Translations under genes and position numbers: made by a program | Assembly (NCBI GenBank): GCA_026026165.1 | Contig: JAPEUD010000005.1 | Coordinates: 434,001-498,000, forward strand | DNA length: 64,000 nt | Reading direction: 5' to 3' | Origin: Sarea resinae | Taxonomy: Eukaryota | Shown: piece after piece, positions 24,504-38,383 of the stretch | How positions within the stretch are numbered: the stretch's first letter is position 1 | Layout: each line of letters begins with the position of its first letter | The notes under the pieces: generated by a model | The model's database searches: none | Told to the model about the DNA's origin: nothing | What the model saw: only the letters and a program-made list of their open reading frames with translations

Positions 24504-26269
24504 TTATCTCCTCCAACCCACATTCCATATGACGTGTGCAATGTCCTTTGCGGTATTTACAGTGTCCACGACCTTGCCGAATAGTCCAGCAGCGACCACG
24601 TCGTCCTCGTCTTCTTCGTAAGGCATGAACATACCAGATGGAGTACGTCGGAGACCACCAACTTCTTCAACGTTATTGTCGAATGGCTGATGTGGATCAA
24701 ATGTGCCGTAAATACTGTCTCTGGATCCCATACCAGTCGCACGTGGCTCCCATGAGACATCTAGGTCGTCATCTTCATCTAGTAGAAAATTTGCTGAAGC
24801 CTTAGATGGCCGGAGGGTCTCTACGGACGGTGATGGGGAGAGACTCTTGGAGCCCCATGGGCCGCTCGGTGGCTGCTTTGGTGGCTCTGGGGTATCCCCT
24901 CGATATTTGAGTGTCGTAGAGGGTAGCATCGCTATCGTTTTGCCGTCCCCAGAAAAGCTGTTGCGAGAGCTGCTTCGACTGCTGGTGGGCGGCCTTGCAA
25001 AAGACTTCTTCATCATAACCACACCGTCATCAGAATCATCATCGCCGTCATCGACCGCATTGAAGTTTTCTGCATCATCTTCGTCATTTTCCTTGACGTC
25101 GACAGCGATGCATTGCTCGACCTTGTCGTCAAAACGTATCCGTCGTCTTTCACCGGTGGATGGAGAATGTACGCCCGAACTCGAAGCAGAACGAAATGCG
25201 CTTGAATCTGCTCTACTCATGGATTGAGAGCCCGCCGTTGAGGGATGGCCGAAATCGGACGCCGCCCTCGATAACACTGGTCTTTCAAACTGATCGCAAT
25301 CTCCATTTTGTTGTGCCTGGACAGCTGCAGCTGCTTGCTTGACCAGGGAAGATGCAGATATGGAACGTTGCAGCATTACTTCCGACATGCTCCGCTTCTT
25401 GAGTATCGGCTTCTTATTGAGAAACGAATTACTCTTCGAAAGATGGCTTACCGGCTCTGAAGAGCCTGGCAGGACAGATCCTTCGTGGCCGGTCTGAAGC
25501 GGACCATAGAGCCAAGTGACATCGCAATCTTTCAGCCTAAAATTTGAACCATTAGTGCGACCTCGACAAACAGAAGCTCCGGAAGTGCTTACCAGTTCAG
25601 CGTCTCAGGCGATATGGTCCTGAGTTGATACTTTGACTTGGCCCAGGTACGCCAAGACGCATTCTCTAATCTGGAGGTGTTACCGTAGACCTTGCGCTTT
25701 GATACAATGTGCCTCCATGATGACCAGATATCTTCTTCTCTCCAGTCATGTGAAAGATAATCAACGTGCCGAGACGGGAGACTCCGCACCGCGGTATCGT
25801 CCTCAGCAACTATGATCGGATCGGGAGAATCGGGCCTTGATGCATTGGTGGTGGTAGATGAGCTATGAGATGTTGATCCACAAGACGTCTCCGTAGGCGG
25901 ACTAGATGGTGGCTCTGGATCTTCCGGACGGTCGTAATATCCAACATCATCGTAAGACGGGAAAACGATCTGGTCGTCCTCATCCTGTTCGTACCCGGCT
26001 CCAAATGACTCGCAACTGCTCGATGCTGACGAGTATGCGGGCAATTTTCCAAGATTGGCATCGCTGACATGGGGTGGCGGCTGCGGGGAAGGCGGTAGCC
26101 GCGGAGGTACCCGGTAATCGACATGTCTGAACGATGATTTCGAAGGAGATGGTGAGTGAGAAGCAGGAGAGCCAGCTAGGAATGACGACTGTGACGGCGA
26201 GGATCGACGAAGAGGGCTCGAGAAGTAATTGCCATCGGGCTGGATGGGGATCGGTAGGACTTCGGTCAT
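24504..26269 (-). CDS. REG1: Reg1/Hex2-like protein phosphatase 1 regulatory subunit (2 exons; intron ~25592..25538)
   Basis: VDYLSHDWREEDIWSSW, RLENASWRTWAK, PETLNW|LKDCDVTWLYGP, PP1-docking-like RIRF (RRIRFDDKVEQCIAV), C-terminal DTVNTAKDIAHVIWNVGW. Confidence 0.88.
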
Positions 26270-29200
26270 GGTCCTGGCAGCAGCAGGAGTCGGCTACTGT
26301 CGAGGCAATGCAACTGAGTTGTGGAGATTATCGTCAAAGACTCATGCGAGGCAATTCCGCGAAGAGTTGATCCTCCTCAGAACTTTCGTGGCTTGGATGT
26401 CATGAGTGTCGGCCAAGCCCAATTCACCAAAGCGGCGTTTGAACAGGCAGGAGGATATGACAATTGAACTTTAGCGACCGGGCACCGGCTGTGGAAATCG
26501 TCGGACAATGAAAGAGCAATGTGAGATATTGAGTGGAAAGAACGTCTGGAGTGGAGATTGGTTCTATCGTACGGTGAGTCGAAGCTCGAAAGGTTGGACC
26601 AGAGAGGAGAGAGAGGGCGAATTGGAGGGATCAGGATCCGGATGCAGGATCTGCGAAGGGAAATATGTACTCTACTGAAGTAATGTACTTGGAGGAGGCG
26701 AGAGTGCGGGTGAAGAAGCGATTTGCTTATCGAAACTGTGGGCACGAATGACAGGCGAGAGCAACTTTCGTACTATGTAGAATCGAGCAGGCAATCGATC
26801 CACTTTCAATCGAGTCGGACCGGCCAAGAGAGGGATCGTCGCATGCGGTGACGGGGCTTTTTTAACGAGACCGCTCTACTTCACTCACGGCGACGGAGTA
26901 GGAGGGGGAAATGGAGAATGGAGAGGAACAAGGCAGAGGGGAAGAGAAGCAAGATAGAGTTAAAGGGTATGGACACGATACGATACAAGAGAGTTACAGG
27001 AGACAAGACTGAAGGGAAAGAAGGTTCGACAGCATTCAATCGTTTTACCTGTTGCCCACAGTACACCGTACGGCGGACTTGCGTGCAATGCACGCCGCAC
27101 GCCTTTGGTATCATCCGTGGATCTAAAGCATGGAATGCGCTGCAACTTTACCTATCAAGGCTCAAACGTCGGCAAGGTGGGCAGGGAGTCCGCCGGGAAG
27201 ACAGATAGAGACAGATGCTGCCGACAGCCTACAACTCCCACGGCGATGCTATTGCCTCCCTTGCGAATAGGTGATGCACAGGTCCAGCGGGCCCAGTGGC
27301 GGGGAGTCACTAGTAAGCGGCCAAGAAGCTTGGAAGTGTCAGCGGTGTCCGGAGCGACAAGGCATACGACGAAGTGACTCTAGAAGACAGGTCGAACGAG
27401 ACGCCTGTAGTCGGTCAGGTAAGGTGAGGTCGCGTAGGGGGTAGGTAAGGCAGGTAAGGTAGCCCCCGGACGTTCAAGCGCCGGAGCAGGGACGGGGACG
27501 GGGACGGGGGACGGGGTCGGGGGTGGGATGTCGTGTTCAAGGGGTGAGGGGCACGGGTGTGTGCCACTACGGACGCATCAACGGCACTCTAATCAAGCGG
27601 GAGTGGGACTCACAGTTGACACTTTCCTACTCCGACCGGTCTCTGGCCCTTCTTCTCTCGCCTTCTCCAACCATTGAATCCTATCGCATCCGTCTACATA
27701 TTCGCGATGCCGACCAGTCTTGCTTGACCTTCCAATTCGACATCCCCAATCGACAGGAAGTCTCTCTCCCTGGACCGGCCATCACCGGATCTCACCTAGG
27801 GGAGTATCCGTACATGCATATATCGCGGAACCACCTACTAGTAACCTACGACTTTCCCTTTCAAGCGAGTCTCGTGAGTTTTAGTGATTTGATCGAGTCT
27901 AAGTTAGGCTCTGGGACAATGTCGATGTAGCAAGCAAGACTGAGCAATAGAGCGGTCGCTACTGGTAGCATCGGCCATCTCTGCCTGCCATGGCTTCTCT
28001 CGAGAACCAACCATCCAGGTACGAAGGTGAAGTACAGAGGACAGCACCTTCAGGCGTCACGTTGCGTACATGTTGTATGAGATTGTGGAATCCTGCGCGT
28101 GGGGGCGGAAGAGGCCTCAGCGCGTGTGGTGTATCGATGATGTGTCGCAGGTGTTGCCAGGTCGAGTCAGGATTGCAAGACGATCCAAGGCAGAGCGAGC
28201 GGTATGTGTACCTCAGATATGACCACCAGAACGCCCCCAACTTCATGTTGATGAGATGAATGTCCAAGATCCGGGAATCGCCAAGGTGAAGTATCTGTTC
28301 CGTCGTATAGGTATCGACATACCGTACCTACATAGTACGTTGGCTGAACGCCATTGACGCACGATCCGCCGTCGAGTAGACAGTTGAAAGGACTGGGAGT
28401 ACTATGTACTCTACTTGGAGTACTTGAAGTAGCTAGAGGGGCTACAAAGGATTGGCACAAAGGATTTGCACAAATTGCGCAGGACCGATCAGCTCAGGGC
28501 TCCCCTTCTCTAGACGCATCAATTGGGGGCGTCCAAATCGCACTGGAGCCTTGGGATGGATTGCAATGGACAATCAGTGAATCAAGGCCCAATCGCCACC
28601 GGAATTGCATCTTCGACTGCAAGGCAAACGTGGAAGAGGCGCATACATTGCTATCATCCATGGCTCCATCGCGGATCCTGGGAGCCATGGATTGTATGGT
28701 CTGCGCCGATAAGGTAAGCTCTACTCTTCCAGCGCAGTAGTAAGGGACTACATGTGCACGGAGTACCTCGGCGAAGGCACGTAAGATGCGGTGCGAGCAG
28801 GTATCGACGTTATCCGACCACATTGATCGGCGCGTCTTCTGGCCCCTCGTTCCGCGGCCCAGGCCACTACCCAGCCACTAACTTCCCCAGGCCCCATGTC
28901 GGCTGCCCCATTCCCTCACACCCCCAAGCACATACGGCGCAGTATGGCAATTCTGGATTCGGACCGGCCATGGCGCTAGAGAACGAGAGAGCCAGAGCAT
29001 CGAGAGATTCTTCTGTTCGAGACTGCCCTGATCTATTTTCGACCTCTCTTTGTCCTGCACACCCTCTGGACCAAGCGAAGTGTCCCGTCGGACTGCTCGT
29101 CCAGTTCTCTAGCCCTGTGTCGGTTCCGTCGCTAGCGGTCCAAACAGCAAAGGGGGTCGAAGGTCGTCGCTGTTCCTCGCTGGCCCTCGGTGACAGCATG

Positions 29201-32058
29201 GATGGGGGATCAGAGACCTTACTTGCAAGTCACTACGTACTCGCTCTACTGAGAGATCATCTCAGATCAGTGGAGATACGACGACGGGGGTGGTGGGGGA
29301 TGTAGCGCGTCTGGATCCGTACTTGGTATTGCCGCTACATGGTCTCCATATCGCTTCATACGGTATTCGTACATGTCCATGTCCATCCATGCCTGATCGT
29401 GAAGTCCAAGGGATTTTGTTTTCGTCTGGAGGTGCTTGTCCTCTGGAAGCATGCAATCCATGGATGGATGTTCTTCTCACCGCAACACGCATCTGACGGT
29501 ACCGAGTAGGGATCTCCATTCGAATCCAATCTCGATCCAGGGCAGCTCTGCTCGGAACTCTGTGGGGAAGAAACCCCCTTGCTCGACGCCATGCCGCGAT
29601 CAAACCTTACGTCTGATGAATTATTCGAGGTGCTTCTGCTGCGACGACGACGACAACGACAACGACAATAACAACAAAACAGAAAGACAGCCCGTTGCGC
29701 ACAGATCGACCGAGCGTTATGCAGGCAAGACACATTGATCCTTCGCACAGCAAGCCACACATACACGAGGTTACGCACCTCTCGCCATCAAAACATCAAC
29801 ATGCACACCCACGGTATGGCGTGCATACATCTCACAGCTTACACGCCGTTCACAGTGCGACGTCGGACCCCCTTGAGCAGCGACCTGGAAAGCTTCCAGG
29901 GCCGTGTGTATGTGATTTGTATGTGAATGGGTCAACGCAATCTCCCACCTGTACTGTAACTTCACACGACACATCCTATCCCTGCCATAGATGGGTGTGT
30001 CCTCGATCAATCCAACTCAATACTTCCCGTGTCGCCTCCCTCAAGCCACTCCGGCACGTCCGTATCCCAAATGACGTCTCCAATCGACCACCTCAATTAC
30101 TTTTCATTTGCAATGTCGGTGTCCCCTTGGTCGACACCATCAAAACACCATCTTATAAAGTTGATGCGAATCCCCGCCGCCGGATCTGCTGGCTCCCGAC
30201 GTCCATTAGTTTCCGTGCGTGAGTACTTCGAAGTGCGAGTTGCATGCTCATCATTTAGATGAATGATATCAATACGAGCACTGCGATGACGTGCATGGGC
30301 ATTCCAGCCCTGCAGTCCGGTCTGTTCGATTGATCCCTATGCCAAAGCGATCTTCAAGATCTGCATACCTTACTCATCTCAACAGCTTCGCTCTCATCGA
30401 CGAAGACTCGCTCTGACTCTGACTCTGTTCCCTGGCCATCTCACAGAGGAAAGTCATTGCTATCAATTGACGTACAAATACCTCCCATCCACGCCGTCCG
30501 CCCACATGTATTCGGACCTCGTACAACGTCTTGCGAATCCTCGAGCCATCCTTTTCCTCGATCGGAGCACGCATCTGCACTGCACAGACGACGTCTCCTT
30601 CAAGTCACTTCTCCGTCCCCGTCATCAGTCTCTGCCTCCCACCCTCCATCTCATATCTTTTCCCTTCGATTATCTTCACCTCCTCCCCACTCTCTCTTCT
30701 CTTCTCCTCTCCTCTCCTCCCTCCTCTTACCTGCCCTCGTCGTGACATCGCGCTCGAGCGCCCGCACAGACTCCCGACCACGCCAACCTTAATTCCCCTC
30801 GCTCCCCTCCTCCCTCCCGTCCGCTCGAAGCGAAGCGAAGGATGGGATGACAGAGGCGCACTGCTGTCAGAGGCCTGCGCTGTCTTTGCTAACAGAACCA
30901 GTTCGGTAAGAAGACAGAAATGGCCGCTGTTCTTCTCGCCGTTGAGCTCTCTTTTATCGTCACCGTTTGATTCGCCATTGCCGCTGCTCATACCTGTCTG
31001 CTTCCCCTGCCTTTCCAGGTCCATGAAAAGGCGACCAAAGTACATGCGAGCGAGCGAGCGAGCGTCCGATCGACTTCGTAGCAGCCTTCCTACGTCTCGT
31101 TCGTCCCGCTATCCCGTACTGTCTAATCCAACGTAAAGCGAGACGGGCCCGAGAAGCGACGGCGCATGAAACACGAGATGAGACGAAGAACAGCAAACCG
31201 ACAAAAAAACCAACGACGGGAGACGAGGTCCCAAGACACATGGATATGTGGACGGGACGGCATATCCTTCTAGCCCTCTTTCCAGAACACGCCGCCACGT
31301 TTTTTCTTTTTTTTTTCTTTCGATTGTGATATATCACATCCATGTCCGTATTTACTCCGTAGTCATGATATCCTTTTCACCCGTCTCGTGTCCCCTCTGA
31401 GAAAAGCAACAATTCTATCCTATCCATCTGTTTGTATAGAGATATATATGTATATGTATACAGGCGTACGTAAGGGACTCCATAGTCAGGTAATCATGAT
31501 CATCATGATGATCATCGTTTCAAAGCAATCCCGTATATCCATCCATCCATATACCATTCATCCATTCATCCATTCATCCACGTAATCATACCCCAGTAGC
31601 GCAATCCGAAATACAGACAGAACGACCATCTTCTACTTGATCGTTCCCCCCCCCCCCCTTCCCCCTCGTGTAAGCGTGATGTAGCGAGAAAAGGTAATCA
31701 GACACGGGACATGGACTACTGCCTGCGGAAAAGAAGGCAGGAAAGAAAGAAAGAAAGAAAGAAAGAAAGGAGAAAGGGATTAAGCGAAAGAGGAAGGCGA
31801 GGTAGAAGAGAGAGATAAGGGATCGAGAAAAGTGAGATGGATAGAGGAAGACGAGATAGAAGAGGTAAGGGGAGGAGAAGAGAAGGCTTTGGCTTGGCTG
31901 GCAAGGAACTCCCTCCCTTTTCCTCTGATCTCTTTCCCCTTTCACTTCTCTTCCCACTCCCCTTCCTCCTCCCGCCCCCCATTTTTTTCTTTCTTTCTCA
32001 TCCCATCCCATCACCTCACCTCACCAACACATTCTTGAATTCTTGCATTCTTACATTG

Positions 32059-33659
32059 TTACCCTGCGCCCTGGCCATTGCCCTGAAGCAAGCGTCTCAG
32101 ATGCGCGATCACGGCGCGGTCGGACTCGCGCTCCGCCTCGAGCGATGCGATCCGGTATTGCAGGTCGGCGATGCGCACGTCGCGCGCTTTGAGCGCGAGG
32201 CGCGTTATATTTCTCCTAGGGTGGGAATGGCGTTAGAAAGCTGGCAGACGGGCAAAAGAGAAAAGGAGGAGAGAGGGGATTGGTGTGTTTTCTCAGGGGT
32301 AGAAGGAGAGGAAGGGGATGAGGAGAGAGAGGAGAGACGATCTGGAGGGGTGGAGGAGAGGGGAACTAAGGGGAGTATTGGAACGGTTCAGCTCAAGGCA
32401 CGGCTGGAGAGCATGTCACTTACCCTTTGACGATCCCCTGTGTCCGGAGCGCGTGGCTGTTCAGCACCCGCTTCAGCGACCTCCTCGTCTCAGGGCTCAG
32501 ATCGCTGGGGGAGCGCGAGAGAACTTGGAAGACGTCTGTGGCGAGGGAGGAGTCGTCCGCGAGTATGATTGGACCGCCTGCACCACCGCCCATGCTGCTG
32601 CCGCCGTCGCCGAGTGCTGCGTCTTTGTAGCGGCTGGGCGGGGTCGGCGTTGTGATGTCGGCGGCCGAGAGGTCGGACTCGGCGAGGCGTTTGGAGGGCG
32701 TGGTTTGGGGCGTTGGGAAGACGGAGGCGGCGGAGGTGGATGTGGGGCCGGATCTTGAGGAAGAGGAGGGCGTGGAGAAGAGGTTGTTGGTTGAGATCGG
32801 GGAACCGGCAAACTCTTGGTTGGCTGCTGCTGCTGCTGCTTCACCACTGTTGTGGTAGCTTGATAGATGGTGCTGACTTTGGGCACCAGGGGAAGAAAAT
32901 TGGTTTGTCCTTGGTGCTTTGCGTGGCGTCTCTGGCGGCGAAGATATCAGGGTGGATTTGTTCGGCAATCCATGCCGCTGCTGTTGTTCCGTGGCTGAAT
33001 GGACAAGCTGGGATTCTTCTTCGCCGGTCAGGGGCCAGTCAAAAAACTCCTCCTCTTCATCGTCGTCACTCCCGTTGGCGGCTTTTTGGTCGCGTCTGAC
33101 AGACAGCCAAGGCGCGCTACGGTACGGGAGGTCCGAGTGCTGGAATGGTAGCTCCGAGTGTTCCTGTTCCACTTGCGCACCTGATAGGGCTCTACGAGAT
33201 CGAGCCCTCTCTGCTGCACGCACCGTCGGGGATGGCGATCTGGGCATTCTGCCCCGGGGCTCGGATCGCGAGTTGTTGAGGACGGCCGAGGCTGAGCGGA
33301 GTTGGGCCTCGTCTTCCCAGAGGAAGAAGTTGCAGCGGACGTGCTGGGGCTTCTGGCATGTGTAGACTATGATTTTGCATCAGTAACTCAACAAGGCGTC
33401 TCTGTGCCGAAGAGGGGATTTCCTGGCATCTTACACCAGCGTCCGTGATTCTTGCCGCCGTTCTTGGTCTGGAATTTGTCTGCAGGGAGACGCGGTTCGC
33501 AATTGCCTGGGATTGTTAGCATGAGACGAGACTCGTGTGGGGGAAGCTGGACGAACAGAGCCACTTGTTGTCTTTGAATAGGCCTTTCAGGGGTGTTTTG
33601 TTTCGCGGGCTGCCAGAGTATCCAGGCCTTGCTCTGGCCCTGCCCCTCCCTCGATGCAT
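32059..33659 (-). CDS. GRF zinc-finger protein with a long disordered region and C-terminal coiled coil (4 exons)
   Basis: Manual splicing gives KGLFKDNKWLC-NCEPRLPADKFQTKNGGKNHGRW-FYTCQKPQHVRCNFFLWEDEA (zf-GRF), then ORF 32420..33247, then last exon GRNITRLALKARDVRIADLQYRIASLEAERE...TAA. Confidence 0.85.
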
Positions 33660-34536
33660 GCTTGTTTGGGGTCGTTTGGAATGGGGAGTTTGTCAATTGC
33701 CCATGGTGAGACTACATTGCCGGTAGAGTGTAGACTTTTGAGGGCATCAAAAAGGCTCCATAGCAAGAGAAGCACTTCTGATTACACTATGCTTGGGACA
33801 GCGGAGCACTTGACGCCTCCCATTATGTTGCTCTCGTCATTGCGACTGATAAATCGGTGGCCAGCGCATTCGCGTCGGAATATCGTTTGGCCGGCTTAGT
33901 AAGCGGATTCGGAGATCCCAGGGCTGATGAAGATGAAGATAATTCTGGCACACCATGACGTCTCGACCTCCCTACTCATAGTACGAGAACAGGAGAGAGA
34001 GTCGAATAAGAGGTTTCGAGGGGACCTTTCTCTGATGATGCATATCATGTTCTCATCAGTCGGTGTTGAATTGATGCCCTCCAGCGTGCATCGCCCCGGG
34101 ATATCAGTATGTACGAGTGCTCCATATGAGACGAGCCTGAGATCGATCATCACCGACGCTAATAGAGGGGCGATGTGCGGCTGACACGCAGTAGGAGGAC
34201 GAGTAGCGAGTATTCGCCCACAATAGAAACCGGACGCTCGTGGTCCTCCCGAGTAAAAGGGACTTGGCTCAACGTGGCCCGTCCCTCGCTTCGTGTCGTA
34301 CCCACTACACAGCCCGCCCCTCAGCCACTGCTATTGGAACCTACTGGAGTACTCCGGAGTATTACGTCTTCACGTCCCTTAGGCTTGGCCTCGTAAACAC
34401 ACCTATTTGCACACGGGTCAGCTACGCCTTGGACTCCCGACCCTGAGCTTTCCACTCTCTCAGATATATCCGTCGAGTCGATCTGTTTCGCGGCCTCTTC
34501 TCCTCAACTTCCTCAGCTTCACTACGTTGGAAGAAG

Positions 34537-37500
34537 ATGACGCCTCCTGCCGCTGAAACGTCGGCCGTCCACGGAGAGAGTGGTGCGGCCAAGGCCAGGG
34601 TAGACGACATGCCGACCCAGCAGATCGCCCATATGCACCTCTCAAAGGAGGATGAGCCCGCGAAGGGGCAGATCAGTGCCGAAGCCACCTCAATACCCTC
34701 GACTTCCCCTCCTCAAATATTGACAGGAAGACAAGAACATTGTACGTGCCCGCTTTATAAAATTCCGCAGATCCCAACATGCTGACGAGCCTCTAGATCT
34801 CAAGCGCGAACTCCTCTCACAGCAGATCATCTACGAGATTTCCGAACTCTCCCATCCCACCGCCCTCCAGAGATTCGGAGCTCCTTTCAAGTCCGAGTTT
34901 GGTGAAATTGCACCCGTAGATTCCGACTTACCGATCTTACGCTACATCTTCGTTCATCATGTTCGCAATTTTCCGTTCTTGGATCAGGCGAGAGAGAAGG
35001 AATTTTGGCAAGATAAATTGCAAAATGTACGGAGCACTCGGTCCAGGCGCTCTTTGAATACGCTGACGTTTGTCTTGTTTAGTTCCTTGAATCCTTTGCC
35101 AACAAGCACATTTCCTCATCTGAAGATCGGCTAGAAGAGACCAAGCGGCGAAAGCTTGCTCTCAAAGCTCAAAAGCTCATCGAACTTATGATGGTCTCTG
35201 GGATCCCCACTGCTTCAGGTTACGAAGAGCGAATACGCTTTGCCGAGTTGGAGGTTGTCGATAGTGGAGCAAACGAACAAGGCCTGTTGGTCAACCAGCC
35301 TCAAGGAAAAGCTATCAATGGCTGGGAGGTCAATATTGCCGGTGTTCGAACTACCTCGGTGAAGCGGACCGTGCGATACCACCAGCACGCAGTGAGTATT
35401 GGACTCCCCTTTCGGTTGCGGTCAATGCAGCCAAGAAAATTAATTGTTTCTCGTGTGTGCAGGAATTCCTCCTTCGGGTCAAGCAGGCAGGCCAGCCGGC
35501 TTTCTATATTGGTCGAAGATATGGCGAGTTCTCGCGCATGTACAAGCGTCTGCGAACAGAACTCCCTGGCAAGGTTCTCCCTCCACTGCCAAGGAAGAAC
35601 AAGACAAATTCAAGCATGTTTGGTGGAGGCGACACTGACGATGCTTCCTCTATCTCCTCCGTCTCCACTCAAGGCACCGGAGCTCCTGAGGATGGCAATT
35701 CCTTGCGAGCTTTTGTTGGCATGGGCCATAAACGTTCTACATCCCGGGATCCATCTCCAAGAGAATCTACCGACCGTCTACGAGAGCCAGTGACGCTATA
35801 TAGAGAAGGCCAGCGGGTTTCTCTCAGAGCCTTTCTGCGCACGCTCCTCCAGAATCAAGAGGTGGCCAACTCGGGCGCGATGAAGGATTTCTTGACCGGG
35901 CGTCCCATCCAGCTGAACGAAGAGGAATTGGCCGATATTCAAAGACGGACCGGCATGGACGAGAAGAGAATCGAGGAGCAGAGGCAGTTCTATGAGATTG
36001 CAAGACAGAGGGCGAAAGATCTCGATGTTTACATGGAGAAGTTTAGGAGGGATGTTGTCGAGAGCAGTACGTGGAATATTACATCACCAATTGAAGAAAT
36101 GCTAATTGTGCTGCTTCAGATGGCCTTACGCGGTTATTCAAAGAAATACGAGAAAAGAAGAACATAGCTAGTCTTGACATAGAGTATCAAAAGTTCGCCG
36201 AGTGGCTAAGAATCGAGTAAGTTGTCTAACCTTGATCCGGAAGTCTATCTGACAGTCGTCCAGGGTCGCCGCAACAGTATACCACCTCTTCCTCGCGGAA
36301 GACAACTCGCCGGAACTCTTTGCCCAGGCGAAAAGAATTCACTCTCTCATCCCTTACACTCTCCTCAAGAACATCATTCGCATCGCCAACCCAGCTGCTG
36401 TGATGTCAGGTGTTCTCGATCTGTTCCTTGCCCAACCCTTCGGTTCTCGTTCGCTCATGCAACGCATCTTGACGATGACCCTGAATGACGGTATCAAGAC
36501 GTTCCAAAAATCCATAGATAACCTGACGTACAAGATCGACGACCCAGTCCTGTGTGGAAAGATCAAGAGCTTTTCGGAATCGGATGAAAGCATAAAAAAT
36601 ACGATTCGCAACGAATCGACTGTCGACAAAGTCGATCTGCTGGTCGCCATTCTCCGCTCGGAACTGCTCGAGCCGGACTTAACACCGGAGCAGATCGGTA
36701 AGGTATTTAATGCTTATGTGGCATGGAACAACGTGGTTGAGAATGTGAGTTTCCCGTAGTCGCCTCCAAATGCGCTTGCTGACAGGAATAGGTCGACGAC
36801 GAAATGAAGCAGGGCGCTCAATTCTTCGCACATCTGAAACAGCTTCTCAAGCTATATACAAGGCAGAGGGATAAGGCGATGATGCTCAGCATCATTGAAG
36901 AAGTAAGTTCCAATACAGTATGCTATTTACAGTTCCTGCAAGTCTGACACATCTTAGCCCGTCACCCTTCAGCTCTTCCGCGATCTGTTCACCATCTTTT
37001 ATGAGCCCTTAGTCCGGGTCTACAAGTCCGCGAACGTGTACAGCAGCGTTACGGACTTCGCAGTCTTCGCAGACGACATGTTTGCCGTTGTCGAGCGTGC
37101 GCAACGTCAAGACGTCTCAGCCGACCCCAATCAGACGGTGCAGTCTTTCATCGACCTTTGCGCTCGGCACCAGGACAATTTCTACAAATTCGTCCACGAA
37201 GTCCACATCCACGACAACGGGCTCTTCGAGCAATTGATGGGCTGGCTGGAGGGCATACTTCAGTTCTTAAGATATGGTCCCAGCGGCGGCAAACTTGATA
37301 TGAATGCCCTATTCCAGGGTGCAACCGATGTTGGCCAAATCGACAAGACCGTGGCAAAGCAGGAGATTGACGATTTGATCAAGTGGCAAGAGGACCGTAA
37401 GAAGTGGCACCAGGATAAGACGAGACAGAAGATGGCTGCCGAGGGAGCCAGCCCTGAAGCCCCTGGTAGCTCAACGATCAGAGGCAGCGACTTTGGGCTG

Positions 37501-37812
37501 GATGAGGTTAGTTCTCTCCCACGTTCGCTATGTTCTGATCTGTATCTTCTTCCTTTCCGGCTTTGTTACTAATTGCTTTGATATCTACAGATGGACCTCC
37601 AAGAACTCAACTACGACGACGATGAAGGCTCAAGTGATGAGGACTCTGCAGATGACAATCTCGACCCTTTTGTCGCCGAGCGCAAACGTCGCGCGAGACG
37701 CCAGAACCATCTCCGTCGTACGGCCGGCGAGCCGGTGAAACCTGCCGTCAAAGAGATCCTGAAACTTCAGCCTAGTTTCTTGGCTATGTTACGTATGGTG
37801 CTTGCTGAGTGA
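34537..37812 (+). CDS. PX-domain protein with PX-associated N- and C-terminal regions (resembles yeast YPR097W family), 9 exons
   Basis: HYLKRELL, LPILRYIFVHHVRNFPFL, FWQDKLQ, PX RRYGEFSRMYKRLRTELPGKVLPPLPRKNK, LDLFLAQPFGSRSLMQR, FYKFVHEVHIHD; all introns are GT-AG with branch points. Confidence 0.9.
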
Positions 37813-38326
37813 GTAAATTAGTTGGTGGGTGAGGTTTTGAGAGCCGGGGGTGGTCTGTACTGGATGTCATACTGGGTTGGGGCTTGGCTGGCTGGATTAT
37901 GGAGATGGGAACTCTGTTCGCGAGTATTGGACGGACGGACGGACAGACGGACGGTTCAGCGTTTTCGCGCCTTGATGATTCATTCTCAATTCACTCTATA
38001 CCTTGAAAAGGATAATGGCGGGCCGACAATAGAAACAGGGTCGTCTTCTCCCTTTCTATCTTTTCTTTCTGCTCATCACCACTCACCTGGCTAGCTAGCT
38101 GTTGTGCGTTTTCCCGTTTCTTGCCCCTTTATCTTCTTCCCCACTTCTCTCGTCGTCCTTGGGCCACCCAATCGCCATTCTCGCCTTGTATCTTGAGTCT
38201 TCTCCCGTTCTATCTATCATGTAGACGCCCTCGAAGACCTGCCTAGCTGGTGGTGGCTCTTATAAGGAAGAAGAACGACGGACGCATCATGAACTCCTCC
38301 TTCTGCTCCTTCTCCTCCTCCTTCTC

Positions 38327-38383
38327 CTCCTTCTGATTCTCCTTCTGATTCTCCTTCTGATTCTCCTTCTGATTCTCCTTCTG
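38327..38383. repeat. 12-nt tandem repeat (CTCCTTCTGATT) x4.75
   Basis: Read directly. Confidence 0.92.

Noticed and set aside
27523..30222. 100-180 aa ORFs in the long intergenic region
   Set aside because: No domains, no consistent codon bias, overlapping on both strands; no transposase or reverse transcriptase motifs seen.
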